Positions 12,950 through 26,622 of a stretch of 64,000 nucleotides of DNA are shown piece after piece. Under the pieces are notes generated by a model that was given only the letters and a program-made list of their open reading frames with translations, was not told the DNA's origin and ran no database searches. Each line of letters begins with the position of its first letter. Positions within the stretch are counted from its first letter, which is position 1. The position numbers and the translations under genes were made by a program. The stretch lies in the NCBI GenBank assembly GCA_050084515.1, contig CM114271.1, positions 42,532,001-42,596,000 on the forward strand, given 5' to 3'. The stretch is from Blasia pusilla (taxonomy: Eukaryota).

Positions 12950-13440
12950 TGTAGTTACCATCCTTATTTCAATGTTCATCACTTCCAATAGTAATGTGGA
13001 TGAAACTTCTCTTCCCTACTCTAGATGATACTACGTACAATTGACCATCAAAGAATATAAGAGTAGGCAAGTAAATGCCAACCTTTTGCAAGGTTTGACC
13101 TTGAGACTTATTAATAGTCATAGAAAAAGCTCGTCGAATAGGAAATTGAAACCTACATGAATCAAATGGAAACAAAAAATTTAATGTAATTATTGGGATA
13201 CGTGGAATAAAAATTTGATCTTCAATATTCTTCCTTGTCATGATTTCAACATGTATGCAATGTTGCATAAATCCATAAATCACCAATGTAGTCCTGTTTG
13301 CTTATCCATATGACCAATTCATATTTCGTAAGATCATGATTGATGCACCAATCTAAAAACAAAACGACGCGAAAGTAGTCTAGAGGACAAATAGGTATTC
13401 AAAAATTTAGTTGGATAGATATAATTCATCTTCTCATTTG
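12950..13440 (-). mobile_element. Helitron Pif1-helicase remnant
   Basis: YPTKFLNT, IGASIMILRN, FIPRIP, QFPIRRAFSMTINKSQGQTL, GQLYVVSSRV. Confidence 0.88.
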
Positions 13441-13444
13441 GTAT

Positions 13445-14426
13445 TGCGACCCTTATAACCAAACGAGCGCCAAGTGGAACATCAGAACTTTAGCGGGTTC
13501 ACACTAGGATGGTTTGCACGTTGGAGTGGTCTCTTGGAAGAGACACCCAAGACACAAGAAACGAGACTCTGAAAAAGTTGAGCGTTTCATGCATTTATGG
13601 TTGTGACCGGAAAAACTTAACCAAATGTGAACCAAATCTTGAGAGGAATCAAGTTCGGAAAGATTGGTTGCTAGAGAGTGTGAACCGAATTTAGAACCTG
13701 ATTAGCGTTTTTGGGTTTGACTATATTTTGGACCATAAATTTTAGATCATGCATTTGTGACTCGTAACGTAGTATTGGAAAGCTTATGCAAAGTTAGTTC
13801 CAACAAACCAAAGATCTTAGCAAACGCAAAAGTAAAGATTGAGAAACTTTCCAAAAATGACTATATGAGAAGTTGGGTTGAGGGCCAAAAAGAATGGCCC
13901 AAACATCTCTTCCAAAAATTTAGGGGGAGGGTAGAGAACCCCAAAAGTACTAGTAAGGGGGAAGGTCTCCAAGAGTGCTTGGGACTCAAACACCACTTTG
14001 GGGCGCCGCGACTCCGTGAGATGATCCAAGGGCACGAAATGGATTGAGAGTTTTGGCATTGGGATTTGAAATCCTAATCAAGGTCAATAGAGTGGATTTC
14101 GGAGGTTTGCTATTGGATTCCAACCCGTGACTCATTTAGCTAGATCTCCGTTTGGGGCTCATGCAAGGTCCATTGATAATTAAGACCGCTAGGTGCGCAA
14201 ACGCCATTTTAGGTGATTGGACTAACCAAAAAGTTTGTCCCAAGTCTAGGAAGATTGAGGTTGATGAGGTGTTGAGTTGAGAACTCGGTGGGTTATAAGG
14301 CTGATTGACCCAGACCAGACTAATGTGAGTGTGTTTGGGTGTAGATCAGCAGTGAGAGCGTTTCCTACTGAACGTACGCTTCCGCAATACGAAAGATTGA
14401 CGTTCAATAGGAGTAGGTGTACGACA
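13445..14426 (+). repeat. 5' LTR of chromovirus remnant
   Basis: TGCGACCCTTATAACCAAACGAGCGCCAAG...GTACGACA; colinear with 18778-19718. Confidence 0.8.
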
Positions 14427-17400
14427 TGTGGTTTTAGAGGGATGTTGTTGAAACTTTGGGCGAACAAGCTGAACTCGAATATGGAGAAGAGTGAATTCGG
14501 ATTGCACAAGATCAAGTTCTTGGATCATGTTGTTAGCGCAGATGGAGTTAGTCCGGATATGGATAAGGTAAAAGCGATTTCCGAGTAGAAATCGCCTCCT
14601 ACAATGAAGGGAATGAGGAGGTTCATTGAAGCGGTTCACTTTTCAGGAATAGTGAAAACTCTCATAGATTGAATCACAAAGTTTGCTAATATGACTCGGA
14701 CCCAAGAAGTGAATAAAGCGTTCAACCAAGTCAAGAAGATTCTATCGCAAGAGCCAATGCTGAAGCTTCTGGAGTTCGAAAAACCATTCGAGATGCATCT
14801 TGATGCTAGTGATTTTGCAATTGTAAGAATTTTGGTGCAGGAAGGAAGACTTGTAAGACTATGCAAGACTTCTTCTTGCCCGCTCCTCCTGTCCTTGCAT
14901 CTCCACTAACAAACCTTCTGCCGTTGCTTCTCAAGTCTATGCCAATGTAGTGCCCTTCAAAAGGGCTAGGTCAAGAGGCCCTTCTGGTTTACATCCATAC
15001 GCCACAAGAAATGAAGATTCTCGAGTTGCAGAATGCTTGGTTGAATTATAGAAATACGCAGCCATACTTAGCCACTTTGCCTAATCTTGCAGATCTATGC
15101 TCATGTAATAATTCCTTAAGTACTGATTTACGATTGAGTTTACCTTCTCTGTTTTTCCATCTTTCTGGGGATGGAAGATGGTAATAAAACTCAACTTGGT
15201 CCTAAACCTTATGAATAAGTGCTTCAAAAAAGAAGTGCTAAACTTTGGATCCCAATCTGAAACAATACTCCTAGGCAACCCATGAGCTTGCCACAAACTA
15301 TCCAGGAATAGTTGGGAAGTTGCATAGGCCGTCGCGGTATCCATTGTCGACACGGATCTCCCCAACTTGCTGAACCGATCAACTATCACATGCAAGTATA
15401 GTGTGGTAATAATAGTTAGACTCCAGAAGGCTCGTAATGAAATCCATTCTTACACTCTGGAACTCTTCTAGTGTCAACAAAGGGTGAATCAAACCTTTTT
15501 TCTTTTCAAAAGAAACTCTGTTCGCTTGGCAGGGCACACACGTCTTTACATAGTGAGCAACATCCTCTTTCATGTTGGGCCATAAGAACCTCTTAGTCAG
15601 AACAACCAATGTGAATTTCTCCCCTTTATGTATTGCCAAGTGTCTGTTGTGACATTCTACTAACTCCTTGGTGTGCAACCTACCTTCGTCTACATAGATC
15701 TTGCTTTGCTTAAACCTTAGCAAGCCATACCTCAAACTTATGTTGGCCACCTTCTCACCCTGTTTCAACTTCCTTAAGTACTTTCTCGCTTGGTTGTTCT
15801 TCATGTATCCTTCACAAATTCTTCTCTCCAGATCTATTTCCTTAGGGAACATTGCTCTCAAGATTCTTGGATGGCATATATGTACTCATCCATGCGACTC
15901 AATGCATCTGGAATGACATTATCCTTCCTTGGCTTGTGGACTAGTTCCACATTCATCAATGCCAAGGTATCATGCCATCAGAGTTGCTTCAGTGTCATTC
16001 GATCTTGGGTCTCCAAATACTTGAGTGATATATTATTGGTGAAGACTAGAGTCCTGTGAAGTCCCAAATAGTAACGCCACTTCCTCAAGAGTCGACGCCA
16101 AGTGAGGTTCAAAGTAGGGGAGCAAGTGTGGTTGAGTGTGAAGATTAATCTCACTCTTCTGAAGGAGTTGTCCGCGAAGCTATTTGCCAAGTATGCTAGA
16201 CTGTATGTGATCAAGGAAAACTTTTTTGAGGATGTATATACATTGGAGCTTCCAAAAGAGTTTAAGATTCATCCAATTTTGATGTGTCATTATTGAAGAA
16301 GCGTCTTGAGGATAATATGGGTAGCAAGTGGAGACACGTATTGAGACCACAACTAGTGATCGCCAATGAAGAACCAGAGTTTGAGGTGGAGACCATCTTG
16401 CGTTCAAGGCGTAGGGCCATGTAGTGCCCACGTTTTTGGAATTTTGGTAGAAAGAGCATTTTTTGTACAGAAGTCTTCCTTGAGCAAAGACTAAAGACTC
16501 AATACCGAAACTAAAGAGGCATACTTTATTGAAATTGTGTGAAAACCTTGACTGACAGAACTCTGATGAGAGGACATGAGATGTTAGAAGATTAAGGATT
16601 GTCTTGGAAGAGAGAATTGTGTAAAAGTAGGAAAAGAAGTTAGGAGAGGAAGCTCGGGTGCTTCGCAAGGAAGACCGTAGTAAGAACAGTGTAAAAGACT
16701 GTCAACGAAGACTGGAAAGAGCTTCTTTGTAAAGAAGACTAAAGGTAGTCTTTGTGCGAGGACCGGGTACAAAGAACAAAGAGCGAAGATCCAAGAGCAA
16801 AGACTAAGAATTCTAAGAAGGAAGAGGAAGAAGCAAAAGAAATCAAAGAGTCTTCACAAAGCAAGAAGGTGTATTAAGAATAGGAATAGAAAGATCGAGA
16901 ATGCTTTGAAGAAAGATGATTGAAAGAAATTATAAAGGAGGACTCTTCACGGCGACAGAAGGATAAAAGAGTCTTCTCGAAGATAGGATCGTGAAGAGAA
17001 GACTGCGAAGAGCGCGAAGTCTATGAAGATCGAACCGTCACGGCGGTTTCAGAAGTCGAAAGTGGAGCGGTGCAGCAACTTAAAAGGGAGCGCAACTGAA
17101 TCGCGAGGGCAACCAACCATCTTGGGAAGATGGAGAGTTGGGAATTTGAATGGAGAAGGTTACGATTAGCAGTTAGAGATTTAGGGTAGAATAGGAAGAC
17201 CAATCGAAAATTGTAAAAGATTATTTAAGGAATAGAGCAAAGAAGCACGGGGTCATTCCCTGGTGTTTTGAATCTTCCAAATACTTGTGATTGAGCGGAT
17301 GAAGAGGGATCATGCCCTTGCGTATGGAATTTCCTAGTACTTGTGAGGGTTGTGTGGTTAGGTTTTTGGGGGATGACCCAAGCTGAAGAGTCTTTTACTT

Positions 17401-18777
17401 TCTGAAGCTTATAATACTTTCTAGTTCTTTCCACTCTTTAATGCAAAAGAAGAGTCTTCTCTCATGCTTTCTAATGTGCGGAGTTGAGTGTAAAATCTTT
17501 TTGGGTTGCAATAGAGATGAGAGTTGAGTCTTGTGATTTCAAAATTTCCGAAGATAATCAGGAAGAGCTTAGGAAAGTTGTTAGACATTGAGTAACATGC
17601 CATGATAGATTCGGTTTTGACAGTATGGTGAGCCGCCATTCTTGAAGTTTCTTTGAAGTCTTCGTTGGAGCTTTGTTATTCAAGATTCGCGAGAGTCTTT
17701 GTTTGCACTCGAGAAGAGTTTTTTTCAAAAGGGAAGAAAATACTTTATTTCTTTTGTACTTGTAAGACAATGTCGTTGTAGTTAGTCAGTAAAGTTAGCA
17801 AAGAAGGAGTTGTTCTTATTATTTCTTATAAAACTTCTCTTTACTCAAGAAACAATGGTCTCTTGGGAACGAACTTAGTACTTTGCGATAGAAAGAGTAC
17901 CTTTTTCCTTGAGTTGTACATTACAGGCCAACAAGTACAAGTACTTACTCAAGTAGAAAGGCTACCATATGAAAGAGGCCACTTGGATTGCGGAGGTAGA
18001 TTTGGAACACGCGCAAGATTTTTTGCAAGAATTAAAACGGATGGAGGAAAAGCATACGCCCTAGTACACAGAGTATAGGGATATGACTTGTGACCATAGG
18101 AAGCTTGGGCCAAAGGCCGATGTATCTAGAATAAGCTTATGTTGCAATAAAGGAATGCATGGATTTGGAGATTCCATGCTTGTGGTTGATTGCAATGTGT
18201 ATGTGGTAATGCATGGCAATAAGTAGTTCATCATATGGTTAGGATGTAAGTCTAGAGGAGAGACAAAGATTATTTGAAGTGAAAGATTGTATTTGGATAA
18301 GCACCTAGAACAAGACCAAGTGTTGGGTGACTAACACTTGGGCTCGCCCTAGCGTTGGCGGGGTAAATCACTCTATCTTGGGGCTTGAAATGGTCTTACT
18401 CATGATAGCATGAGTGAACTTAGTGATGCGCCTAAGTCAAATACGAGAGCGATCCAAAAGTATTATGACTTGTGTACCTTATAAATAGGTGGGATGTTTA
18501 CATGTTATGAGATAGAGAATTCTTAGGTAGTAGACTTAGTTAGCTTAATTATTTGATAGGTTAGGTTAGTTTTGAGAACTGATCTAGGTTTATCAAAGAG
18601 GAGATGCTTAATGATGCTAAGTAGTGCAGGCAAAAACTTAAGACTTAAAGCTAAACAAGGAATTGCGGGTTATCTATTAGAAGGCAATTCGATGTGAAGG
18701 GGTTGGCTTCCCAAAAAGACTTGACATTCGAAGGTTTGCGTTGATGAGGGAATCAACCTCTAAAGAGGGATGAGTGA

Positions 18778-19718
18778 CGTGACCCTCATAACCAAATGAG
18801 CGCCAAGCGGATCATCAGAACTCTAGCCGACCCATGCTAGGATGATTTGCGCGTTGGAGTGGTCTCTTGGAAGATACGCAAGAGACACAAGATATGAGAC
18901 GCGAACAAGGTTAAGTGTTTTATGCATTCATGGCCGCGTCTATGAAACCTGAACTAAATGTGAACCAAGACTTGAGAGGAGTCGTGTTTGGGAAGAGTGG
19001 TTGCCAAAGAGGTGAGAACCAAAATTGGAACGTGATTAGCGTTTGGGATTTTGAATGTATTTTGGACCATAAATTTTAGTTCCAAGATGAATTTGGGACA
19101 AGTAAGATGGCGTTGGAAAGCTTATGCAAAGCTTCTTCCAAAGAACAAAAGATCTTAGTAAATGCATAAGCAGAGGTTGAGAAAATTCTCAAAAATTTTT
19201 TTATAGGGAGTTGAGTTGAGGGCCGAAAAGAGAGGCCCAAATGTCTCTTACTCAAAGATAAGGGGAGGGCGGAGAACCGGATAGTTACTAGTAAGGGGAA
19301 AGATCTCCAAGAGTGCTTGGGACTTAAACACCAAACCAAGTCCAATAGAGTGGATTTTGGAGGTCCTTATTAGATTCCAAGCCGCAATTCATTTATTTGG
19401 GTCTCAGCTTGGGGCTCATGCGAGATCGATTGGACAGTTGGAACCGCTAGGCGTGCGAACGCCATTTTAGCTATCTAGACTAACTAAAAAGTTTGTCCGA
19501 AGTCTTGGAAGACTTGCCCATGTAGAAAAATGAGGAACGAGGAAGGTTTAGCTTGATGAGGTGCCAAGTTGAGAACTTGGTGGGTCGAAAAGCTGATAGA
19601 CCCAAATCAGACTAAGTTGAGTGTGTTAAGGTGCATATAAATAATGAGAGCGTGCTCTCCTAAACGTACGCTTTTGCAACACTAAAGATTGACGTTCAAG
19701 AAAAGTAGGCACATGACA
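18778..19718 (+). repeat. 3' LTR of chromovirus remnant
   Basis: CGTGACCCTCATAACCAAATGAGCGCCAAG...CATGACA; preceded by a purine tract. Confidence 0.8.
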
Positions 19719-19879
19719 CAAACCTCTTTGACCATAGATAAATAATAGAATAAAGTGTAATGAAATGTATGCTTTATTGAGGTTAGATATATGCCTTACA
19801 TTTCCTCCATATAGTCATACAACCAAGGTTGCATGTGGAAAAAGTCCGTGTCCGCGGACATGTCCATGTCAATGGACTT

Positions 19880-20810
19880 ACGTCTGTCTTGTTGAAGGAT
19901 CATAGGTACATATTGTTCATGGTGGAGCATTTCTCCAAGTGGATAGAGTTAGTGGCACTACTAAACAAGCCAAGCAAGGAAGTGGCTTACGCATTTCTAG
20001 ATTATGTGCTTAGTCACTTTGGTGCAATGACGGAGATGTTGATTGATCGGGGTATCGAGTGCAAAGGAGAGTTTTTGGCCTTATGTGATCATGCGTTGAT
20101 AGATCACCGCACCATGTCCAGAGATCATCTCGAGGCAGATGGATTGGCAGAGAGAGTAGTATAGACAATGAAGAGAAGGTTATGCAAGTATGGCTTGCAT
20201 GGAGGACATTTGAGGAAGGAGGACCTATAGTTGCTATGGTTGGCTTCAGTTGGCAAGCATCCTTCGTGTTATTTTCACCATTCTTTTTGCTCTAGAGGAG
20301 AGAGTTGGACTTACTTGTAGCAATTCGACGTGACATGGCAGAGTTGTTGGATCTTGATAACCCAGATGTTTGCATGTTCTTAGAGGGTGGAGATTTTTTG
20401 TAGAGTTATGCATATGGCCTTTGAGAACTTGGCTATTGCCCATCATAGGGACACGTTGAGGTATGCGATCATTCATGGAGGAGGTTCTCATATAGGGATT
20501 AGGAGATCTTCATGTACATGCAGGAGCTCATGTGTGTGGATCTATCCGTATGTTGGGAAGATTAGTGTTATGTGGTGTGGATATGACAAGCGATATGTAT
20601 GCGCATGACATCTTGCTCTTAGCATCCTAGAGATGTATATCACAAGTAGGTAGAGATAGATGACTATCTAGAGTTAGAGGGACATAACCACCATCTAGAG
20701 GAAGATTGGAGATATTTTGGTAGCTAATCGACTTCATATTTGGATTCCATAGTGGAATGTGTGAGTCTAGTATATTGTGTGTTTCCTAGATGACAACAAT
20801 GTATATGCGT
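19880..20810 (+). mobile_element. Fragments of the DNMT/PHD Gypsy family: integrase core plus copy-2-type segment B (ends 20610), joined to a copy-1-type 3' UTR
   Basis: MVEHFSKWIELVAL...EADGLAERVV; GATATGTATGCGCATGACA end at 20610; TTGCTCTTAGCATCCTAGAGATGTAT resembles 12346 onward. Confidence 0.8.
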
Positions 20811-21123
20811 AGAATAATTCTTACTTCTTTTGTAGAGAAACAAAGAGAATCCACCCAATCCTTCAAGGGAGATTGGAAGTCGAGCCTAAGAGGTCAAGGA
20901 GTTGGGTGATTTGCAATTCCAGGTTTCTCCTTAGTTTGGGCCTCTTTGGAGCCTATTTGATAGACCAACTATTTCAAAAAAATTCCATTTTGAGAGAGAA
21001 AGTTCACTTATTATTTTTAGAAAGTGTTCCTTACACACTTTTGAAATTTTAGGATCAAAGAGGTGATTTGTGTATATCTATCATAAAGGAGAGGGCATGG
21101 GGAGAGAGAGGGTATACCTTTCG

Positions 21124-21283
<160 letters not shown>

Positions 21284-21449
21284 TCATTAAGTAGTGCCTG
21301 TCGTAGCCTTGCGACCATAGACGGTGCTTGAGAGTGGGATGGGTGTAGAGAGAGGAACAAGTGAAGAAGGTACCATATGAGAGGAGGAAGACACTCTCAT
21401 ATGGTGTGAGTGCTGACCAAAAAACGTGTTGGTGCAAAGCTTCTAAGTG

Positions 21450-21800
21450 TCAACCAAGAAAATCTTGTCCACACCATCTACTTTATCTAATTGGGATCCC
21501 CAATATAAATTACTTACTAGTGCAACAGCTTTGGGCAATGAATCAAGGCTACCGAATGTGTTGAACAATTCTACTTTTACCAGCTTAGCGATATCAGCAT
21601 ATGCTCTTGCTTTGTGTGTTGTGAGAGTTTTGCGCAGGAGACCAAGTAATGACTAGAGGTTTCATCCCCATCGTCACACAAGGCGCAAGAGTTTAGTTGT
21701 GTTCCCATCTTGCTTTTCTTATGTTTCAAGGGAATTTCCTCCGTCCTGAACTTGAACTTGAGCCAGGTTCCCAAGCAAGGGGTTCCCCGCAAATAGTTCT
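21450..21800 (-). mobile_element. Non-LTR (LINE) ORF2 C-terminal zinc-binding remnant
   Basis: CALCDDGDETSSHYLVSC resembles the CxxC...ETxxHLFxxC motif of L1-type elements. Confidence 0.5.
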
Positions 21801-22979
21801 TCAATTATGCCTTCTCAGGATATACCGTCAAAAGAGAGAGGTAAGACATTTTCATGGCTTCCTCCGTGCTGTTTTGCTGCGAGCGTTTGCCCACCATTTT
21901 GGTTATGGTATCCATGAATCTCATCTTGCTCCCATAGTTCAGGCCCTCTTGGGAGCTTGGATGCTTGCACAATCCCTTGAACCTTTTTTGTTCAATATTT
22001 GGCATGCTTTACGGGTCTTATCTGGGTCCAAGTTTTCCCATCACCTCTTTAGGATAGCGATGGGAGTCCATTTTCTCCAACTGCCTACCTTTCCCTTCTT
22101 TCTCATTCCCCTTACTTGCCTTCGTGTTCCATACTCCCCCATTTCTTCCTCCCTCCACCTCCCCTCCCTCCTCCCTCATTGTTCCTCTCATCCTTGGCTT
22201 GCCTTTCATCGTGGACTAAAATTGTGGATCCCACCTCATGGAACCCATGTTCGTGGACATGTCCAGACTTGTCCGTCCACGTCCGTCCTAAGGAAGGACT
22301 TTTCCCTTTTTGTGCAACCATACCTGACGATCCGTCTCATGTCCGCAATACGAAACCCTAAGAAAAAACTTTATAAGATACATTTATAAAAGAATACTTG
22401 CATGAGCCAAGGGAGCGTTGTCGCTTATTGGTTAGGGACTCGAATTTGGCCTTGGAGACTTGGGTTGGATTTTGACTAGAACCATTTACTATGTTTACGC
22501 TTACCTTAATTAAGACACTAACCTTTTTAGGTTAGTGTCTTAATTAATATTTTCAAAGATTCATATTAGGATGTAATCTTTTGTGAATATTTTCCTTGTT
22601 CAAGTTTTTTTATTTTAGTTTTGATATAATTTTTCATTAATTTTTTTGGGTAAAATATTTTATTCCAAATTTCAATTTCCATCTTTTCTTATTATGCTTT
22701 ATAAGAGAAGAAAATTTTAAAAGTAAATCATTCAGGGTTTAATATGTGGGATGTATCCTATAGTGCATCACTTATTGTTTCAATATGTTATTTACTCACT
22801 ATTGAGAATGCTAGTGCGTGCAACATCAAATTTTAAATGATAAAATATTATACTATATTATTTTTAAATAATAAATATGTCAGATTATTAAGTCAAAGAT
22901 AATGAAAATATTTTCATTACACAGAAAAAGAAAAAAAATTTAAACCCATAACCTTCTCGAATTAATGTTTTGTAATAAA

Positions 22980-23194
22980 AATGTGTGTAAAAATGACTTA
23001 GATGATTGACTGAATCATGGGATACGACTTGTAGATAACTGAGTCATTTATACTACTCTTTCAGTTGTTCACTTGTGACTATTTGGGTTTTCTAAGTGAT
23101 ACAAAATGACTACACCAATAGAGTCATACTTTTAGTCATTTCATTTATAAGTCATTCATAGTAGAGTCATAAAAATTGTAATTTTCTTCTACTG
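22980..23194 (-). mobile_element. CACTA-type transposon end
   Basis: CAGTAGAAGAAAA terminus on - with many ATGACT/AGTCAT subterminal repeats; inverted homolog at 54768. Confidence 0.65.
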
Positions 23195-26100
23195 TTTATT
23201 TCATTCAAAAATGTCAGAATACAACAATATCTATCTCGGATTTATTATATTATCTCTTGAATTCCAAGATTAGTTTGAGCTATACAATCGTAAGATAGAG
23301 AGACAATTGAAGAGTTTTTCCAAATCCAGATTAAAGACCACATTTGTCTAGCTAGATCAAACCAGTCCACTGCCATGCATCGAAGCGGTTGGCATGCCGC
23401 CCTAGAGCCACAAGGTTCCATCTAATACGAAGAGACAAAGAGCAAAAGCATAGGAAGAACACGACATAGAATGAAGAGACGCTGGCCAGACATTATTAAA
23501 GTAATAGGGTGTCTCCACAAATATCGTAGACATAGAAGATCATGAACGATGCACATCAAACTCAAACAAGTTTGGAAGAAACATCCGAATTCTTGTACAA
23601 CGTCAAACAAAAAGTACCTCTTCACTATAGATTCACTCAGCAGCTTCATCCAAGTATCACCCATCTTCAAAAGGCTCCTTATTCCTCAGACCTTCACTTC
23701 GGGTACTTACCTATGTTTCCACTGACCTTATCATCACCTTATTTGGATATAAACCAATAGATGTAGTTTTTGGAATTAGTGAACCTCCAGTGTTAGAGTG
23801 AGTGAGGACCTCTAGTAATTGTCACTTTATGAACAATTCCCCTCACCATAGACCGCAAGACCTGAAGAGACAATAGAACTCTAGAGCTTAGGTCCAGAAA
23901 TACTTGGCTGAAAGTGCACGCCTCGCTTTGTGGCTCAGGCATTTTATGACTTTTGCGTCCTTATCCCCGTATTGCTGGTTGGGCCAATGATCTAGCACCG
24001 TCCATAGCAAGAAACCTCTCATGTAGGCATAGAGGTGCCGCTATGGCTACTACTCAGGTCTATCCGCACACATGTATCCCCACTGACATTGGTTGTTGCT
24101 TGCAGATGCAAGAACTTACCAGAGATGCATGAAGTATGAAGTGGCTATCTCTCAATCATTTAAACCGCTTGAGCATGGGATTGGGTCTATGCGCGCTGTG
24201 TCAACAACCCTGAGACAAAAATCAGAAAATCAGTAGGATGCAAATAGTCCGCCTCCTCTTGAAAGTCTGTCCACCTCCAAATAGTCTATCCTTGTTACCT
24301 CGTAGGAATCATGTGGAGCCATGAGATTTACAAAGGATAGCTTCCCTTTGCTCTCTAATATCGATCATTCCGCTTTTGTGCTCACTATCATGATAATGGA
24401 GCCTAGCATATAGTCAAAACTTACTTAACTGATTCAATCCAACATGAACGTGATTGAGAGATCATTTTTGCATGGTAGGGAGGAATGGCTGCATTGAATC
24501 ACAAATCAATATCATCAGAGTAGTGATGACTTCCCTTCCATCGTAGGAACGTGACAGTGAAGACTTAGATCTATCCTCGCAAATTTAGTGTCCGTGATGG
24601 CATAGGATTGTAAGAAAGCTCATGCGATGCATGGGCATCAAATTTGACAATGATAAAAAGGGATAAAACAATCCATGACTAAGATCTCGTTCAAGGTTTA
24701 CACAGCCCGGAAGGGTGTAGAGCATAGAGTGTTTATGTAAGATCGGGAATTCCCAGTTGTACATTTGCCCGTGTCTTGGATGTGGGAGTTCCATCGATTC
24801 AGTTTTACTTGAGGGAATATGTGGTCTTGAAAAAACATGCTGAATGAGCACATTGGAAATTGTGGAGCTGGAGGTGCTTTGATTTATGCTCTGAGATAGG
24901 GTGGTGCCTTTCGTGTATGTGCATGGGTGGTAATAATAATGGTTCTTCCCTAAGCTCTGCTTGAGGTGCGATCACGAGTTTCCAACCAGTGTAATGAGTG
25001 GATTTTGATGTCCGCTCAGCACATGATCAACATGAAGCAATTGAGGGTGCAAAGGGAGAAATCAAGCCACAGTAGTTGTCTCTGCTCTAGGTGTATCTTC
25101 ATGGCTGTCTCCTTCGCCTTCGGCTGGCTACTCTTTGTTTTGCGCTTCATCTCAGTGGAACACACTCCCGAGCTCATCAATACACCTCAGGATTCTCCTT
25201 CCCATCTTTCCCTCGGCCCTGACCTCCAACTTCACCTCCACCGAGAAATCCAATTTCACCTCCACCCACAGATGCGACTCCCTTGATAACAACTTTGGCT
25301 GTGCAAGCTCTGTGTCTCCAACTTTGGCTGTGGAGGCTCCAGTTATACCATAGTAACTATCATAACTATCACACACTTGTGTGGATACATGTAACTAACC
25401 AATCCAATATTAACATTTGTGCACAATCCCTTTGAGCCAAAAATGAAAGGACTGCACTTTTAGGTGGGAGATTTGATACGGAGGGAAAATTAGTCTTGAG
25501 TCCTTCGCAACACATTTTTTTAACGATGGCTTCACTTCTTATAGATAGACCTCTTATAAATTTTTTTCCCTTTCTGCATTTTGTAACTCCCCGTGTTTCA
25601 GTATTAGTATAGATGTCGGGCTCTAAAAATCCTAATAGGTCTTTGTGTACTCTCTCATATTTTTTACAATGCATCTTGGTGGCTCTAAATGTGCATAGGC
25701 ATTGGCGTTGATATGTCAAGTCGAAGTGGTTGTAGGCTAGTCATCAATTTGTCCATGGACGTCTAACCAACCACTAGTTTCTTACCATGTTTTAGATTAT
25801 TAATCTTTGTTTTCTGGACTTATTTCCTTGTTTTCTATTTCTTTGTTCTCTTTTTAAGTTTTTTTATAATGAAATAACGTATTTAATAGATCAGAAATTT
25901 TAACATCCATTTTTTCGAAATTTTCCGCTGCGGGAAAAAAATTTGGACGTCCTCTCACCGTAACCTAGGGGCTAGAAGGTCCCTCGAGGTGGGTAAGTGG
26001 TAACCTGACAAATGTTCAGTGCCACGCGTCGCGCTATCGGATGGGATTTCCAAGCGATTCCATGTCAACGGACACGTACACGGCCTACGGCCCTAATTGA

Positions 26101-26622
26101 AGTATCGAGAGGTCCGTCAACATCTAAAACTAGCACTTTGAGGCATCTCGACCGACCACGTGGAGGGTGACCAGCGGCTCGAGCGTCTCGCTGGTGGTGC
26201 CAGGTGGATGCGTCTCGGCGTTTCACCCGATACGGACACGTGGGTATTCGAAGTCTAACCAATGTCATGAGAACCATGGCTCCAGAACTCCGGATTGCGG
26301 AAAGAGAAGCGGTGAAGAATGGAGAAGATTCTCCTCATCTGACCACCGCAATTGCGGAAAAAGGGAGAACAAAAGAAAATTTCTCTGTGGGATCGAATCC
26401 GACGCATGCATAAAGGCTTGTGCCAGGTGCCTCCGAATTCAGAATTACATCTTGCCAGCGTCCTCGCGAGCTGCCGATCTCAGAGTGCTCTTCGATAATA
26501 AAAGCAAAGCAGTACAGTCAAGCTTGGAAGCCTCTTTGTTGCAGAGCCTTGCGAGTGATAGAGAGTTGCAGGGCATTGCGAGCGATTTGTGGGGTCTAGG
26601 TTAGAGATTTGGATCGAGAAAT

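Larger units (their letters stand above)
13445..19718 (+). mobile_element. Old chromovirus-type Ty3/Gypsy LTR retrotransposon, gag deleted, internal inversion
   Basis: Diverged ~0.95-kb LTR pair; RT/RH fragments on + (14430-14850); RH-integrase on - (~14855-16090); RFKVGEQVWL and chromo-like EPEFEVETIL on +; purine tract at 18761-18777; no TSD seen. Confidence 0.8.

Noticed and set aside
21697-22389. 230-aa plus-strand ORF
   Set aside because: Likely antisense shadow of TE remnants; no domain recognised
23200-25350. Possible decayed LINE ORF1 on the minus strand
   Set aside because: Coding-like, but no motif I can identify with confidence
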